Shown: positions 25,380-37,318 of the stretch, piece by piece
Layout: each line of letters begins with the position of its first letter
How positions within the stretch are numbered: the first letter of the stretch is position 1
Source: Octopus vulgaris
Taxonomy: Eukaryota
Assembly: GCA_951406725.2 (NCBI GenBank)
Contig: OX597827.1
Span: 35,836,001-35,900,000 of the forward strand
Length of the DNA stretch: 64,000 bases
Direction: 5' to 3'
Notes under the pieces: model-generated
Told to the model about the DNA's origin: nothing
Seen by the model: the letters and a program-made list of their open reading frames with translations, nothing else
Databases searched by the model: none
Program-made: the position numbers and the translations under genes

Positions 25380-25610
25380 CTCCAAAACCAGTGAGATTGA
25401 CATGGTTAATGTGCCTTTTGAATAACTGCAGGGAATAATATAATCAGGGAGGCCATTCCAGAGAGATAATATTCTATGAAGAAAGGATTGTGTAGAGGTC
25501 ACAATTGAGGTGGTGACAGAAAGAGAGATAAGTTGGGATTGGCTGAGTGAAGGTGGCATCAAACCTCAGATATGGGAGTAGTGTTCCAACCTAAGGTTTT
25601 ACATCTGGTG
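25380..25610 (-). mobile_element. CR1/L2-group LINE 3' remnant
   Basis: QSFLHRILSLWNGLPD resembles the C-terminal F..R...WN.LP motif. Confidence 0.5.
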
Positions 25611-25887
25611 TCAACATATACATTCCTTTATTCTTAGCTTAACATTTTCAATTAAAACCAAGATATCATTTCAAAGAGACAAAACGAAGTTATGAAAACT
25701 TCACTGTTTAGATTGACAAAGAAGGGGTTGAAAACCAAAGATTTCTTGCTAACAGAGAGAAATAAATGCATGCATTCCCACACTCTCTTATAAACAACTT
25801 ATCCCTTGTCTTTAGCAGCAGACTCAACCCCATCATGGTCTTGGGAATTTGTTATTTGTAATTTCTCTATGTCTCTATATGTATGTA

Positions 25888-26693
25888 TATAGGCTAAATT
25901 TGAGAGTGCATAAAAGGAAAAGAAAACACTATCCCATCCAAAATAAAGGTATTTTAAAAAGTCAAAAAATATTAACTAGTTTATGGCTGGGAGATAATAG
26001 TTTACTCAAAGAAGCCACTCTCAGCTTTCAACACATTCTCAAGATAACTCCTCACTGTGTCCCTGGGAAGATCAACGAGCACCTTGATCTTGGCTACCAG
26101 CATATCCTTGGTGTTGCAGGCTGCGCAGTTGGTGTCATTCTCAACCATACCCCACAAATAGTGACCCATGAGATCACAAACAAGGGGATTAAGAGGCCAG
26201 AAATTGGGGCTGGTAAAGTTGTAGAATTTCAACAACCACTTCTGACTCTTTGTGCCACACTTATAGTCTTCCAGCAGTAACCCTCTCCAGCCAGGGCTTG
26301 ACCACAATCTCCAACAGCTTCACATAACAATCTGAATTGGGTCTAAGACCCTGTTCAAAGATATGGGGATGAATTCCAACATGCTGGTACAGTCAGTACA
26401 ATTACGTGTCCCTTCCTGTTGGCCACAATTTTGCAGCTGTCCGTGTCACATTGTGCAGCCTTTACAGTGTTCACAGAGCATTTGAGATGTAGTCATGATG
26501 TCAGCATTTTGACACCTGGTGCCAATCAGCAAGATACAGTTTACTCTTTTTTTTGTATTCACATGGCTTCCAGTCCATCTCCACTTTAACTTCAATCTTT
26601 ATGCTCTCCAATGCCGTTGACCATTCACCATCACATCAAGCTGTTCTTGTAAAAAAAGGAGACATAAAAAAAAATCATCAAATTTAGCCCGAA
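25888..26693 (-). mobile_element. Tc1/mariner (maT-like) internally deleted element
   Basis: NFWP...YLWGMVE..TN...NTKD.L...LE.VLKAE.GFFE C-terminus; inverted ends ggctaaatttga / tcaaatttagcc. Confidence 0.72.
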
Positions 26694-28229
26694 CACCTTT
26701 TCTCTCTCGCTATATATATATATGCATGCATGTATATACGTGTGTATCAGTGGCATGCATTTACTTCTGAGGTTGGTCAAGCAATAAATACTTGGCGCAC
26801 ATGACAGAGACGTAACCCTCCCCCCACCCACTTTTAAAATAATTTTTGTTTTTACGAAAACTCACGTTTTTGGCTAGGGAGATTTCCAATTCTGAAAAAA
26901 AAAAATTGGTGAAAATCACAACTTGAAAGTTTCAATTCCCCTCTCCCCCTTCCCATTTCTTCATTTCTCACTTTTTTCAGAAATTTCGTTTTGGGAAATA
27001 TGTAGAAAAATACAGAGATTATGATTCTGAAAAAACATTTGTTTGTAATATTTCATACACAGGTCAGGCGGAATTTGATGAGGCAGATTTTCTACAGACG
27101 CCTTTCCTGTTGCCACGCCTCACCTGTTTCCAAGCAAGGTGATACTTCTCCGTCGCTGGACATATTTTTCACGGAAAACTAGAAACGATTTAATACTAAG
27201 TACTTCATAAATTATTCTGTTACCGAAACGGGGTTTGGTGTGTTATGGCGATAGCAAGAAATGAATTGAGAGAGACAGAGAAAATACAGGGAAAATATAA
27301 GAAATAATAATTACGAATAAAGATGGTAGATTCAATAACAAGAAGCATTAAACCCAAGAGAGAAGGAATGAACTTAATGCAAGAAATGGACTTAAAGGTG
27401 TTGCATGACAAAAGAGGAAGATGAAGCTAATTGGAAAAGAATGAGAATGGTTAATCGAGAAAGAAGATAAAATAAAAACAATGATGATAGGCAAGAATAT
27501 GTCACATAAGCCAAAATGAGAAAACAGACTAGAAGAGGAAACATCGTCAAAAAGAATGGATAAGATTTCCCAGATGTTCTCCGTGTTAATCAACGGAAAC
27601 TGGAAAATAGATCTTATTTTGACTAAGTATCATGAAACAAAACCATCAAACTGTTTCTTATCATTATGAAAGTGAAATAATAATCGAAACATAATTAATT
27701 CAACTCGAATGTGTCAACAAAATCATATTAATTTGTAAATACTGTTTACGTTTTAAATATTTTTGAATTAACTATCACGACAGTTACATATCAATGAAAT
27801 ACTACTCCGCCCTGAAGCTATTTCCAGTTTTCGTGGATCTCGAAGTATTTCAAGAGCTTAAACAAAAGAAATACAGGTGATTATGATTTTAGAATTGTTT
27901 CGCATTCTGTTAATCAGGTTCTGGAAACATTAAATAAATTAATATTGCTTATTGTGGTTTTGCTACTGATACAAGCCATCATAACTCAGAAAACTTTAGT
28001 TAAAATTATATTGGCGTGCATGTCCAAAGTAGTCTTGAAATAAGAATAATTGTTTAATGAGAGTGCATTGCATTGAAGATTGATATTATATATATATTGG
28101 AGGTTGCAACCATGATGTAAAAGGAAACAATATCTTCTTAAATATAAAGAAACAGTTTTTAAAAATAGCATTTGTAGCTCCTGACTACTAAATCACAAAT
28201 TTGAACTGTATAACATGACAAATATTTAT

Positions 28230-28990
28230 GCTCTGAACGTAGGTTCGCGGCAAAATTTTCTAAAGGACCATAAAGAAAATTTTGCTGCGAATTCTTCCGT
28301 TCGCCTCATCTGCTCCTCAAGCTTTGATAGGATTAGCAAAGTTGTATTAGATAAGATTCTACCCAAACTTCGTGCTAAATCATATGGACTAAAACTACTG
28401 AGGCTGTCCAATGCTTTACTACCTTAAGCCCCAAACATACATTTAAATTCATTCAGGTAGATATAGACTGATATCATTCTAGCATACCCTTATCCTGTTC
28501 GACAAACATGTCATATTTGCAATGAAACATTCTAACCCCACTCGATGTTAACTGCTCCATGATCTCTGGGACCAATTCCCTAATATATCTGGCGGCCTAT
28601 ACAGGGACGTCGCTCTGTTTGCAATCCAGAATCGTGAAATAGAACAACTTAGGAAAAGATTCAGATTTTTTTAAATAGACGTGGGCCTTACCGTCTCTTA
28701 CAGTAACAGCATTAAAACAGCTAATTGCTTAGAGGTCACTCTAGATTTACAAAACAACACTTTCTACCCGTACCATAAACCCGGTGAGAACCTTAACAAT
28801 GTTGACTTTTCCTCCAATCTCCCCAACCCACCCCCATCAACCCTAAAATCCACCGTGGACAGCGTATCTTAAAGGCTTTCATTCCTGTCCGCCAGTAAGA
28901 AAATATTCGAGCAATACGCTGAATATTATAACTACGCCCTGCAACGTGTCGGATATAAGAATCTGATCGAATATATCCCTATATGGGACG
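28230..28990 (+). mobile_element. Penelope-like element RT remnant
   Basis: LKDHKENF..VRLI..RISKVVLD, GLYRD, LEVTLDLQNNTFYPYHKP motifs, same family type as 15140-17470. Confidence 0.7.
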
Positions 28991-30284
28991 ACCTTCCATC
29001 TACTAAACCCGGCACCATGGATGCATCTGCCCCTTTAAATAAAACATAAGTGTCTCACATATTCACCGTCCCCCAAATGTTACCGTAGTAGAAAACCTAA
29101 TAGGCACTACTCCCACCCTGTGATCCAGGATCCCAAATCCACCGCTGCTCATCGAAATCAACACCAGCGCACACCTCCGTACCCTAAGCTATACTCGGGT
29201 AACCTTCTTAACCGCAATAAACGGAACAGGACACGCGACGTTTTCTAGCTATCGACCGTGGTAATGCCGCGAGCATGTTGGCTTGATTTAGTAGGGTCAG
29301 GTGCGGTCCCAGGAATTTTTCGAAGGGCGGGTACAAGGTCAGAAGGGATTACAATTCCAGGAGAAAAGGGTGTAATAACATTATTTAGAAGGGTGAACCT
29401 CTTTTCTTGAGGGGTGGGGAGCACGTGCCCCTCAGGCCTCCACCCACCCTCCGACCCTGATGGTATGCGGCTAATTGAAGCACTTAGTGTTGAATTAATG
29501 TCTTTTTCTTTCTTTCTTCGCTCGTGCTTGTGTTTTCTTCGGGTTTGGATTGGTATATCTTAATGTGGTTTTGCACCATATATGTATCATATACATGCGT
29601 GTTATATATGTAATAATTAAATTCTCTAAATTTCCAATAAATTTGCTACCATGTGTGGTGCGACCGACTAATTTTTAATAAAATTCTGGAATTGTCTCCC
29701 TTGCCTTTCTTGACCTGAGTTAATACAGGTAGATAATGGTTTTAAAATCTTTTTAGTCAAGACGGAAGGCTGTACCTATGACTCTCTACAAGACCTCTGT
29801 GTCACGAGGGAGGAAAGTTTCCTCAAACCAGAGACCTGGCCTAAATGCTTGCAACGCAGTGCATTCTGCTAAAGGCACTCAAGTATTTGATGGTGGTCTT
29901 AAACCGGGCGATGGATTAAGTATATCACCCATTAGTTTTTCTCAGTAGGGATGCAAATTAAATTGATTGAAATGTCTTAGCTCATTACACTTAATATGGT
30001 AGAGTCCACTTTACTATTCCTTTTTTCAACAGCAGATACCGTTGGGCATTCCTTCTTTAACTCCCCCATAGACATCAAAATCTGAACTTTGTGTCTTAAT
30101 TCAAATAGTAAGAATAACTTGAATACATTTGACATTTTTTGTGAACATAGAGTACAGATAACTATCATCATGAAAACAAAAACTGCTTCAAAACTCTTTA
30201 TTCACATAAAATCAAGTAAATGTTTCGTTTTTGGATTTGGTTTGCAAGATTCTTTATATGAGTTCGTGTGTTGAAGCATATTCT

Positions 30285-30497
30285 GTTGTGTCTGGGGAGA
30301 GTCATTTTCTTTTTGTGCCTTATAATATAACACACTCACAGGCAGTGTAAATAACGGACAGAGTCAAAACTATTGAAAAGGTTGCAAGACGCAACGAAAA
30401 TTTTAGGAAAATAAAAATAAGAAAAAAGTGGAAATTTTACCGGTGTGTGTGTTATATTATAAGGCACAAAAAGAAAATGACTCTCCCCAGACACAAC
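30285..30497. repeat. ~51-bp perfect inverted repeat with ~110 bp spacer, PLE pseudo-LTR-like
   Basis: gttgtgtctggggagagtcattttctttttgtgccttataatataacacac and its reverse complement. Confidence 0.9.
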
Positions 30498-31301
30498 CAA
30501 ATAAATGTTCAATTTCAACATTTCAGCATTTTAAAAATATAAATCAGGAGAAAAAAATATGCGTTTAACCGGCAAGTTTAATCATTGCAAAACAGTTTGT
30601 CTAGGTCATGCAATTAACCGGCGCATGCAATTATTCGATATGTATGTAATTAAGCTGATTTAAATGCATACATACGTAAATAAATGGCATCAGGTTCAAA
30701 ACACAAAGAATGGCATACTGAACCATCCAAAAATCTATTAAAATTCTAGAATATGCTCAATTTTTAATACAGTATACTATTAAAAGGTAATCAAGTCAAT
30801 TTAATGAATTTTAATAATCACAAGTTCTTCATTATCTAATAAATATAATTTCAAAAAATATTATTTACAGTACATGTCTACAAAAATATTTAATAAAATA
30901 TTATTTACACGTGTCTACAAAAATTCTGTTGTTTTATGTCGATAAAATATATCATAAAACGGTAATAAATCTTAGCAGTCACATACATAAAACGATTTAT
31001 TTGGAAATTGTATGAATGTAGCATATCATTTCTTATGTTTGTTTAAAGGCTGACTATGCGTCCCTATTTTAAATGTCTAGCAATTATCACTAGGTAGGAA
31101 GGCCCGAAGACCACAGCAGGTTGAAGTAGAGGTTGTATATGACTGTAGAGTAGCGTTAATTGAAGGCAGCCGAAATCTTCCCTCAGCCGGCTGAGAAACA
31201 CTAAATGAAACCAAATCTTACTGATTGACTGACACTTCTTGTCCTACCTGTGGTTACTCAAATATTTCCCAGCGTAGATTACAAACATCGCTACCTAAGA
31301 G

Positions 31302-31405
31302 ACTACATATAAAGAGATAGAGAAATAACCCTAAGGAAACTACATATAAAGAGATAGAGAAATAACCCTAAGGAAACTACATATAAAGAGATAGAGAAAT
31401 AACCC
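31302..31405 (+). repeat. 37-bp tandem repeat x2.8
   Basis: actacatataaagagatagagaaataacc(c)taaggaa repeated. Confidence 0.9.
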
Positions 31406-31727
31406 AAAGTATATCATTGTAAAGTGAAATGGAAAGGAAAGAGAGAAGACATTACAATAATAATTGAAAACAACAACAAAAAAACCCTTGATGTTCCTTA
31501 CTCTATAAGATTTGGACCTTATTAGTAGTGGGGACCTAACACCGGTTCCAACGCAAACACACAGACAACTCCCCTCCAGTGGGCGAAAAAAATTCCAGCT
31601 CAAAACAAGAAGAGACGGCACTGACGAAAGGTAAACAAAGCATTCATATCATATTTCTTCTTTCTCTTCTTCCTTATTCCTCTCATTCAACACGCTCATA
31701 TAAGTGCACACACTCATACATATATGC

Positions 31728-31768
<41 letters not shown>

Positions 31769-31894
31769 CATATCTATGTCAACATTATATGTAATTTGTT
31801 TACTCTTTTTGTCTCTCTATCATCCTCTACTTGTCTCCATCTCATTATCCATTTGTCTTTATCTTTCTACTCGTCTTTGCTAGCTTGCATGAAT

Positions 31895-32707
31895 GTTGTT
31901 GTTGTTGAGCCCAAGGCCAGCTCTGATCCAAAAGGCCTATTACGAAAGGCGTTCCAACCGTGATCATCCCATCTTTTATTCTTAAATAGTGTGTTTCGAA
32001 CAACATTATTCAGTGTGTCTTTCTTTAAGACAAAAGGGTGCGATTCGACAGGGATTTAGCTGCTATTTCTAGCATGCCGAGCAACCATGAAAAAGTTCCT
32101 TATTGAATAATGTGTATTTCTCAAAATATATTCACACACACACATAGGCGCGCGCATGCACACACACACACATACGCACTGAACTCATTCATGCACCTAC
32201 CTTATATTTTGCCTGTACGTTTATAGATATAACTAGCCCCACCACGAAATAAGAAAATCATCTCGTATATATATTTAATTACAGTTATTTTATATACATA
32301 TCTGTATGTATTTATGTGTTAGCATGTGGTTGTTTATTCGCATCTTTATTCTGATGTGTGTTTGTGGTTCATATGCTTATCAGGTGTAGCGTAAATGTGT
32401 GTGCGTTTTTGACATATGTAAATTAAGCGTGTGTGTTTATGTGTATGCATACATATTCAAAGAGGAAAGGGGAGCGTAAACCGGAAACGCACTTTAAAAA
32501 TCATTAAAATATTTTGGAATTTTTAATTATATTTCAATTATATATTTTGCTCAGCTTTATTATTATTATATTTTTTTTTGTAAATCATTAAAGCGGTATT
32601 TTTTAAAATACGTAAATTCTAAAATTTTATTAAAATTTATATGCATTGTTTCCAACCCTTTTAACACCAAGCATTTACTCACACGCATACACATAATGGA
32701 ACATGCA

Positions 32708-32751
<44 letters not shown>

Positions 32752-33435
32752 ATACACAAACACACGTGTTGTTGTTTAGCATCTGGTCAGTCGTTATCTA
32801 ACTTATTCCATCCATATATAAGACGGCGGGATGCGATTTGGCTGTTATTCTTAGTTGGTCAAGCGACTGCGTAGTCTCTCCACACGTTATATATGTCTGT
32901 ATGTTGTTTAACCACAGGTCAGTTCTAATTAATCATACTCTGATCAAACATAGTACAACCGTCTCGTCTCTTATTCTGACAAAGATGTATATGAAGTACA
33001 TTAAACAATTTGTCATTTTCTCAGACCACAGTATATAGTAATTTGAGGGAGTTTTAGCTTATGTTTCTAGCACGTCGAACGATTAAGTTTAGCTCTAGAT
33101 TAGCACCAATTAACTAGACTAGTTATTAAAGGTACTCCAGCCGTGATCATCTAGTCTTTTCTTCAAATAGTGTATGTAGAACTCTTATTATTTCATGTGT
33201 CCTTCCCTAAGCAACTAATTCTAATCGGTGAAGCAACCAGGGTAGAAGCTCCTTGTCGGTGGTGGTAAATGACCAAAGGAAATCTAACAGTGACCATCCT
33301 GTCTTTATTTCAGGCTGTGCATCTAGGACGATGTTATAAAATGTATATCTCCTTTTTGTTTTTAAGATGCTACGATGTTATTTGAGGGAGATTTGGTTGC
33401 TATTTGTAGTTGTTCAGGTAGCTACCACATAGAGA
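31895..33435 (+). repeat. Cluster of degenerate ~200 bp interspersed repeats (core gatttgagggagatttggctgctatttctagca)
   Basis: About five copies here; further copies at 660-890 (-), 49200-49610, 50570-50870, 51637-51850, 55820-55875, 58005-58340 (-), 60880-61050 (-), 61340-61510 (-), 61790-61940 (-). Confidence 0.7.
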
Positions 33436-33576
33436 GATTATGTGTAATTTTAGAATTGAGCATATGAAATAAATTTACACATGTTTATGTTTTCTGTGTA
33501 TGCGAATACATATGGTTAAATGTTTAGGGTATTGACTTTATAAAGTAATGGCTTCTATTCCTGAACTTGGCAGTAC

Positions 33577-33871
33577 ATTGTGTCTTTGAGCATGGCACCT
33601 CATTTCACATTGCTCTAGTCTACACAGCTGAAATGACTGCGGGTTGACTGCTTGTGCAGCTGTCCATCCAGCTGTCATGTCTTTGATTTTCTACAAGGAT
33701 GAGAAGGCAAGGGCATCTCTGTTCACAACTAAAACATAACCACATAAAACAATTTGCCCTTGTCATGACATGACAGCTGGATGGACAGGTGCACAAGCAG
33801 TCAACCCGCAGTCATTTCAGCTGTGTAGACTAGAGCAATGTGAAATGAGGTGCCATGCTCAAAGACACAAT
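33577..33871. repeat. 105-bp inverted repeat (fold-back) with 85-bp spacer
   Basis: 33577-33681 is the reverse complement of 33767-33871 with one mismatch seen. Confidence 0.93.
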
Positions 33872-34139
33872 ACCTACCAAGTCAAGCTTGCAAGTGATAG
33901 CTGCATTTTCTTTTTCTGCTTATATATATTAGAAGTACTGAAAAGTAAAGTCATATCATCAAACAAATAATCTGTTGTCATACCACAAATAGTTTACAGG
34001 CCAATAAAAGATATCCTTGTAATCATTCAGTCAGCATAGAGTTAATGGCCAAACATTAATGTAGACATGTGCTCTGTATGTATGTATGTTCTATCTGATA
34101 GCTCATACTTTACAAATTCCCTAAGGGTAACAATGCAGC

Positions 34140-34720
34140 CTGTGCAAGGGGAAATATATATACTGTATATCCTTATAGTGTGTGTTCAGAAATGCCAAAG
34201 GTTGTTTAACAAATTCAAAAACAGTGATTTTAATCTTTTGAATGGGTATCGATCAGGAAGACCAACTGTTCTCAATAATGATAATGCAGTGAAAACAGCA
34301 ATTGAAGAAGATCCATATCAAAGTGTTGAAGACTTATCCTGGAGGCTTCATAAATCTTGGTCCACTGTGCAAGATCTCAAGCAGATTGGGAAAGTGTATG
34401 GAGAAGAGAAGTGGATACTACATTATAATGATTGGTAATGTAGGGTTAGTTCAGTGAAGAAAACCCAAGGGAAGGTAAATTCATCAGGCTGAAAAGCTCT
34501 ACCTCACTCTCCCACTCACCAGATCTCGCATCATCAGATTTTCACTTATTTGGTCACTTGAACACTTTACCAGTGGAAAAACATCCAGAAGCAAGGACAG
34601 TATTGAAATGACACTCCAAAGATTATTTTGCTTGAGGAATCAATAAGTTGGCTTTAAGGTGAAAAATGTTATTGATAATGATGGTGGTTATATTGTAAAT
34701 GAATAAATAATTTTCAATAT
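34140..34720 (+). mobile_element. mariner transposase remnant
   Basis: F.KFK.SDF.L...RSGRP HTH region and HSPHSPDLASSDFHLF motif. Confidence 0.75.
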
Positions 34721-35797
34721 GCTTTATGCTAATTTGAACTCATTACATAAATGTAACATTACATTTTGGTTCTTCAAATGCATGCATGTATAGTGTGAGT
34801 TGAATGTAATATTTGTGTTTGTTGAGACTATACTAAAAATTATGCTCCTGGAGTTCTGCAACACATGTAACCTACTCGTTTGCAATACTAACTTCAAGAA
34901 GCTGGCCAGCCTTCTGATCATCTTACCAATCAAGAAATGCATAAGCCAGATAGATTTCATTCTTACCTGGAAACAGGAGAGTTAGAATGCCTGTGAAAAT
35001 TAAGTATTTCTCTAGTGAAGAATGCACCACCCAACCTAAACTAGTAATTAGTGATTTTAAAGTGATAGCTAAATGGAGCAAAAGGCAGTCAGGAAAAGGA
35101 AGATATGGAAACTGAAAAAGTTGTAGGTAACATATAGCAATAGAGATAAGAAGTTAAAGAAATACCTGCTGCAGCAACAGACCAGATCAATGGCTGGTAT
35201 AAAATTTCAGCCAGATGAAAGGTGACCTGTGAGGAATAGTACTGCAAATAATTGTAAAACCTAAGAGGCGAGCTGAGAAAGACTGGAGGAAAGGGAAATA
35301 CCTAGTTGCTAATAGAGAAGTTAGACACCAGATATACTTAGCAAGGAGATAAGCCAAAAGTAATAGGTTTACACATATTTTGTGATGTGAAGACAAAAGG
35401 CATAGACTATTCTGGATTGCAAAGGTAGTGTATTCAAGAAAATCAAGAGTTGTTGAATTTAACAGTCTACTTGCCGTTACCAACACTGAAATAAAATAGA
35501 CATAGAAATGCTATTTTGTTGTTGATTGAGAATTAATGGGAGAAAGAAGGCCCACCCCAACGGAGGGACCTGCCATTGAATTTGACAACAGTACTATTGC
35601 AAGCATAATTTTGTATATGAAGATAGTAAAGGCATGTGGACCATCAAGAATAGCTGCTAAAATGCTTTAAATATCTGGAAAAGTGGATGAGGGCTAGTCA
35701 CTTGCATAGTCAGATAGTATAGAGAAGTATCACACTTGATGACTGGCAGAGCAGTATTATTATCATCTGCTATGAGAACAAAGGAGAGGCACTAGAG

Positions 35798-36109
35798 CAG
35801 TGGTTATGAACCAGGGTCCATATAAGATTTTTGGATCCACTCAAGCAAAATAGTAAATTGAAGATGCACAGTATTATTTTAAAGGTCTGTGATAAAATTC
35901 CAATTTAGATGTATTTATTGCAGGAAACAGCTAAGTTTATTTCTCTAGCATTTAATTTGACATGTTTCTGGTGAATGCGGACAAAATAGGAATTTTGAAC
36001 AAAGTATCTAGAAAACTAACTTTTAAACATTGAATGGTTATGGAGGTCCACCAGAATATAAATGGTAATCAAAGAAGTCCATAGATAAAAAAATGGTTGA
36101 GAGCCACTG
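35798..36109. mobile_element. hAT (Charlie-like) MITE
   Basis: TIR cagtggttatgaacc / ggttgagagccactg; flanks CACTAGAG / CATTAGGG. Confidence 0.75.
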
Positions 36110-36117
36110 CATTAGGG

Positions 36118-36298
36118 CAGTGCTCCGTAACTTTTTCTTACTTGCAATACACTTATATTCTTTTCAAAATTTGGCAGCACAACTGAACTAAAAATATAAC
36201 TAAAAGTATAGGGGACAAAATTATATTCAGGATGCAGCACACCTAGCATCGTCTCATAGCACACCAGTGTGTTGTGACATACCATTTGCGGATCATTG
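36118..36298. mobile_element. Second hAT (Charlie-like) MITE adjacent to the first
   Basis: TIR cagtgctccgtaa / ttgcggatcattg; flanks CATTAGGG / CACTAGAG. Confidence 0.7.
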
Positions 36299-37121
36299 CA
36301 CTAGAGGGAGAGGCAACTACAAAGGTATCAAATTGATGTACCAGATCATAAAAGAGTTAAGGCACAACTGATTAAGAACAGAATTGGACTGGATGAGATG
36401 CAGTTCAGCTTTTTGCCTGGAAGAGGTACTAGTGATACCTAATTCTACAAGAAACAACTGCAGGAAGAGTACTTAGCTTGTAGTAAGCCGCTATAACAAG
36501 TGTTCATCGATCTGGAGAAGATATCTAATGGTCTGTTGCTGGGTTGTTGCTAAGGAAACTAGAATCAAATGAATGGCTTGTAAGAACCATGTAGACTATT
36601 TACCGAAGTGCTTTCAAAGTGATAGCAGTGAGTTTAGTGATGAATTTACATGCAAACAGAAGTCCATCAAGGCTCAGTTTTTCAGTCCCCTCTTATTTGT
36701 TATAGGCCTCCAGTCTATAACAGCGGAGTTTAAGACTGGTTGTTTGTGGGAAGTCATGTATTTTGATTTCCTAGTTCTTGTTTGCTGAATCTGTAAAAAA
36801 TTTTGAAAAGAAATTCCAGACATAAAAACAAAACCTAGAATTGACAGATCTCAAAGTAAACTTTATTAAGTAGGAAAGAATACAGGAAAATGGCTGTGTT
36901 TGTGATGTAGAAATGGTGCTCTCTGCATAAAATCATGGATGTACAAGAGGCGCAGTAGAATCATAGGCAGCTGGTAGAGAAGATGAGAAAGAATGGATTA
37001 AGATTCCTCCTTTCTTCCATCCTAATTATCCTCAAGAAATTTGCCCACATTAAACAATAGCCTGTCCAGCACTGAGTGATGAAAGAACTTCATAAAACAG
37101 GTGTTGCATTTATTGCACATG

Positions 37122-37270
37122 ATTTTGTGATTAAGAAGCTCACTTTGTAACTGCATGGTTTCAGGTTCAGTCCCACTGCATGACACCTTGGACAAGTGTC
37201 TTCTACTATAGCCCCAACTAACCGATGCTTTGTGAGTGAATTTGGTAGATGGAAACCATGTGGAAGCGTG

Positions 37271-37272
<2 letters not shown>
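37122..37272 (+). mobile_element. tRNA-derived SINE head
   Basis: ggttcagtcccactgcatgacaccttggacaagtgtcttctactatagcc. Confidence 0.75.

Positions 37273-37317
<45 letters not shown>

Positions 37318-37318
<1 letters not shown>

Larger units (their letters stand above)
34840..36990 (+). mobile_element. Highly decayed RTE LINE interrupted by two hAT-like MITEs
   Basis: LLEFCNTCNLLVCNTNFKK, SQIDFIL, DEMQF, SPLLFVI...ITAEFKTGCLWE remnants collinear with the 6440-10152 element. Confidence 0.82.

Noticed and set aside
31500-32500. Additional promoter or first exon (AAG|GTAAAC at 31631, CCGGAAAC at ~32481)
   Set aside because: Short motifs only, with no linked downstream exon identifiable
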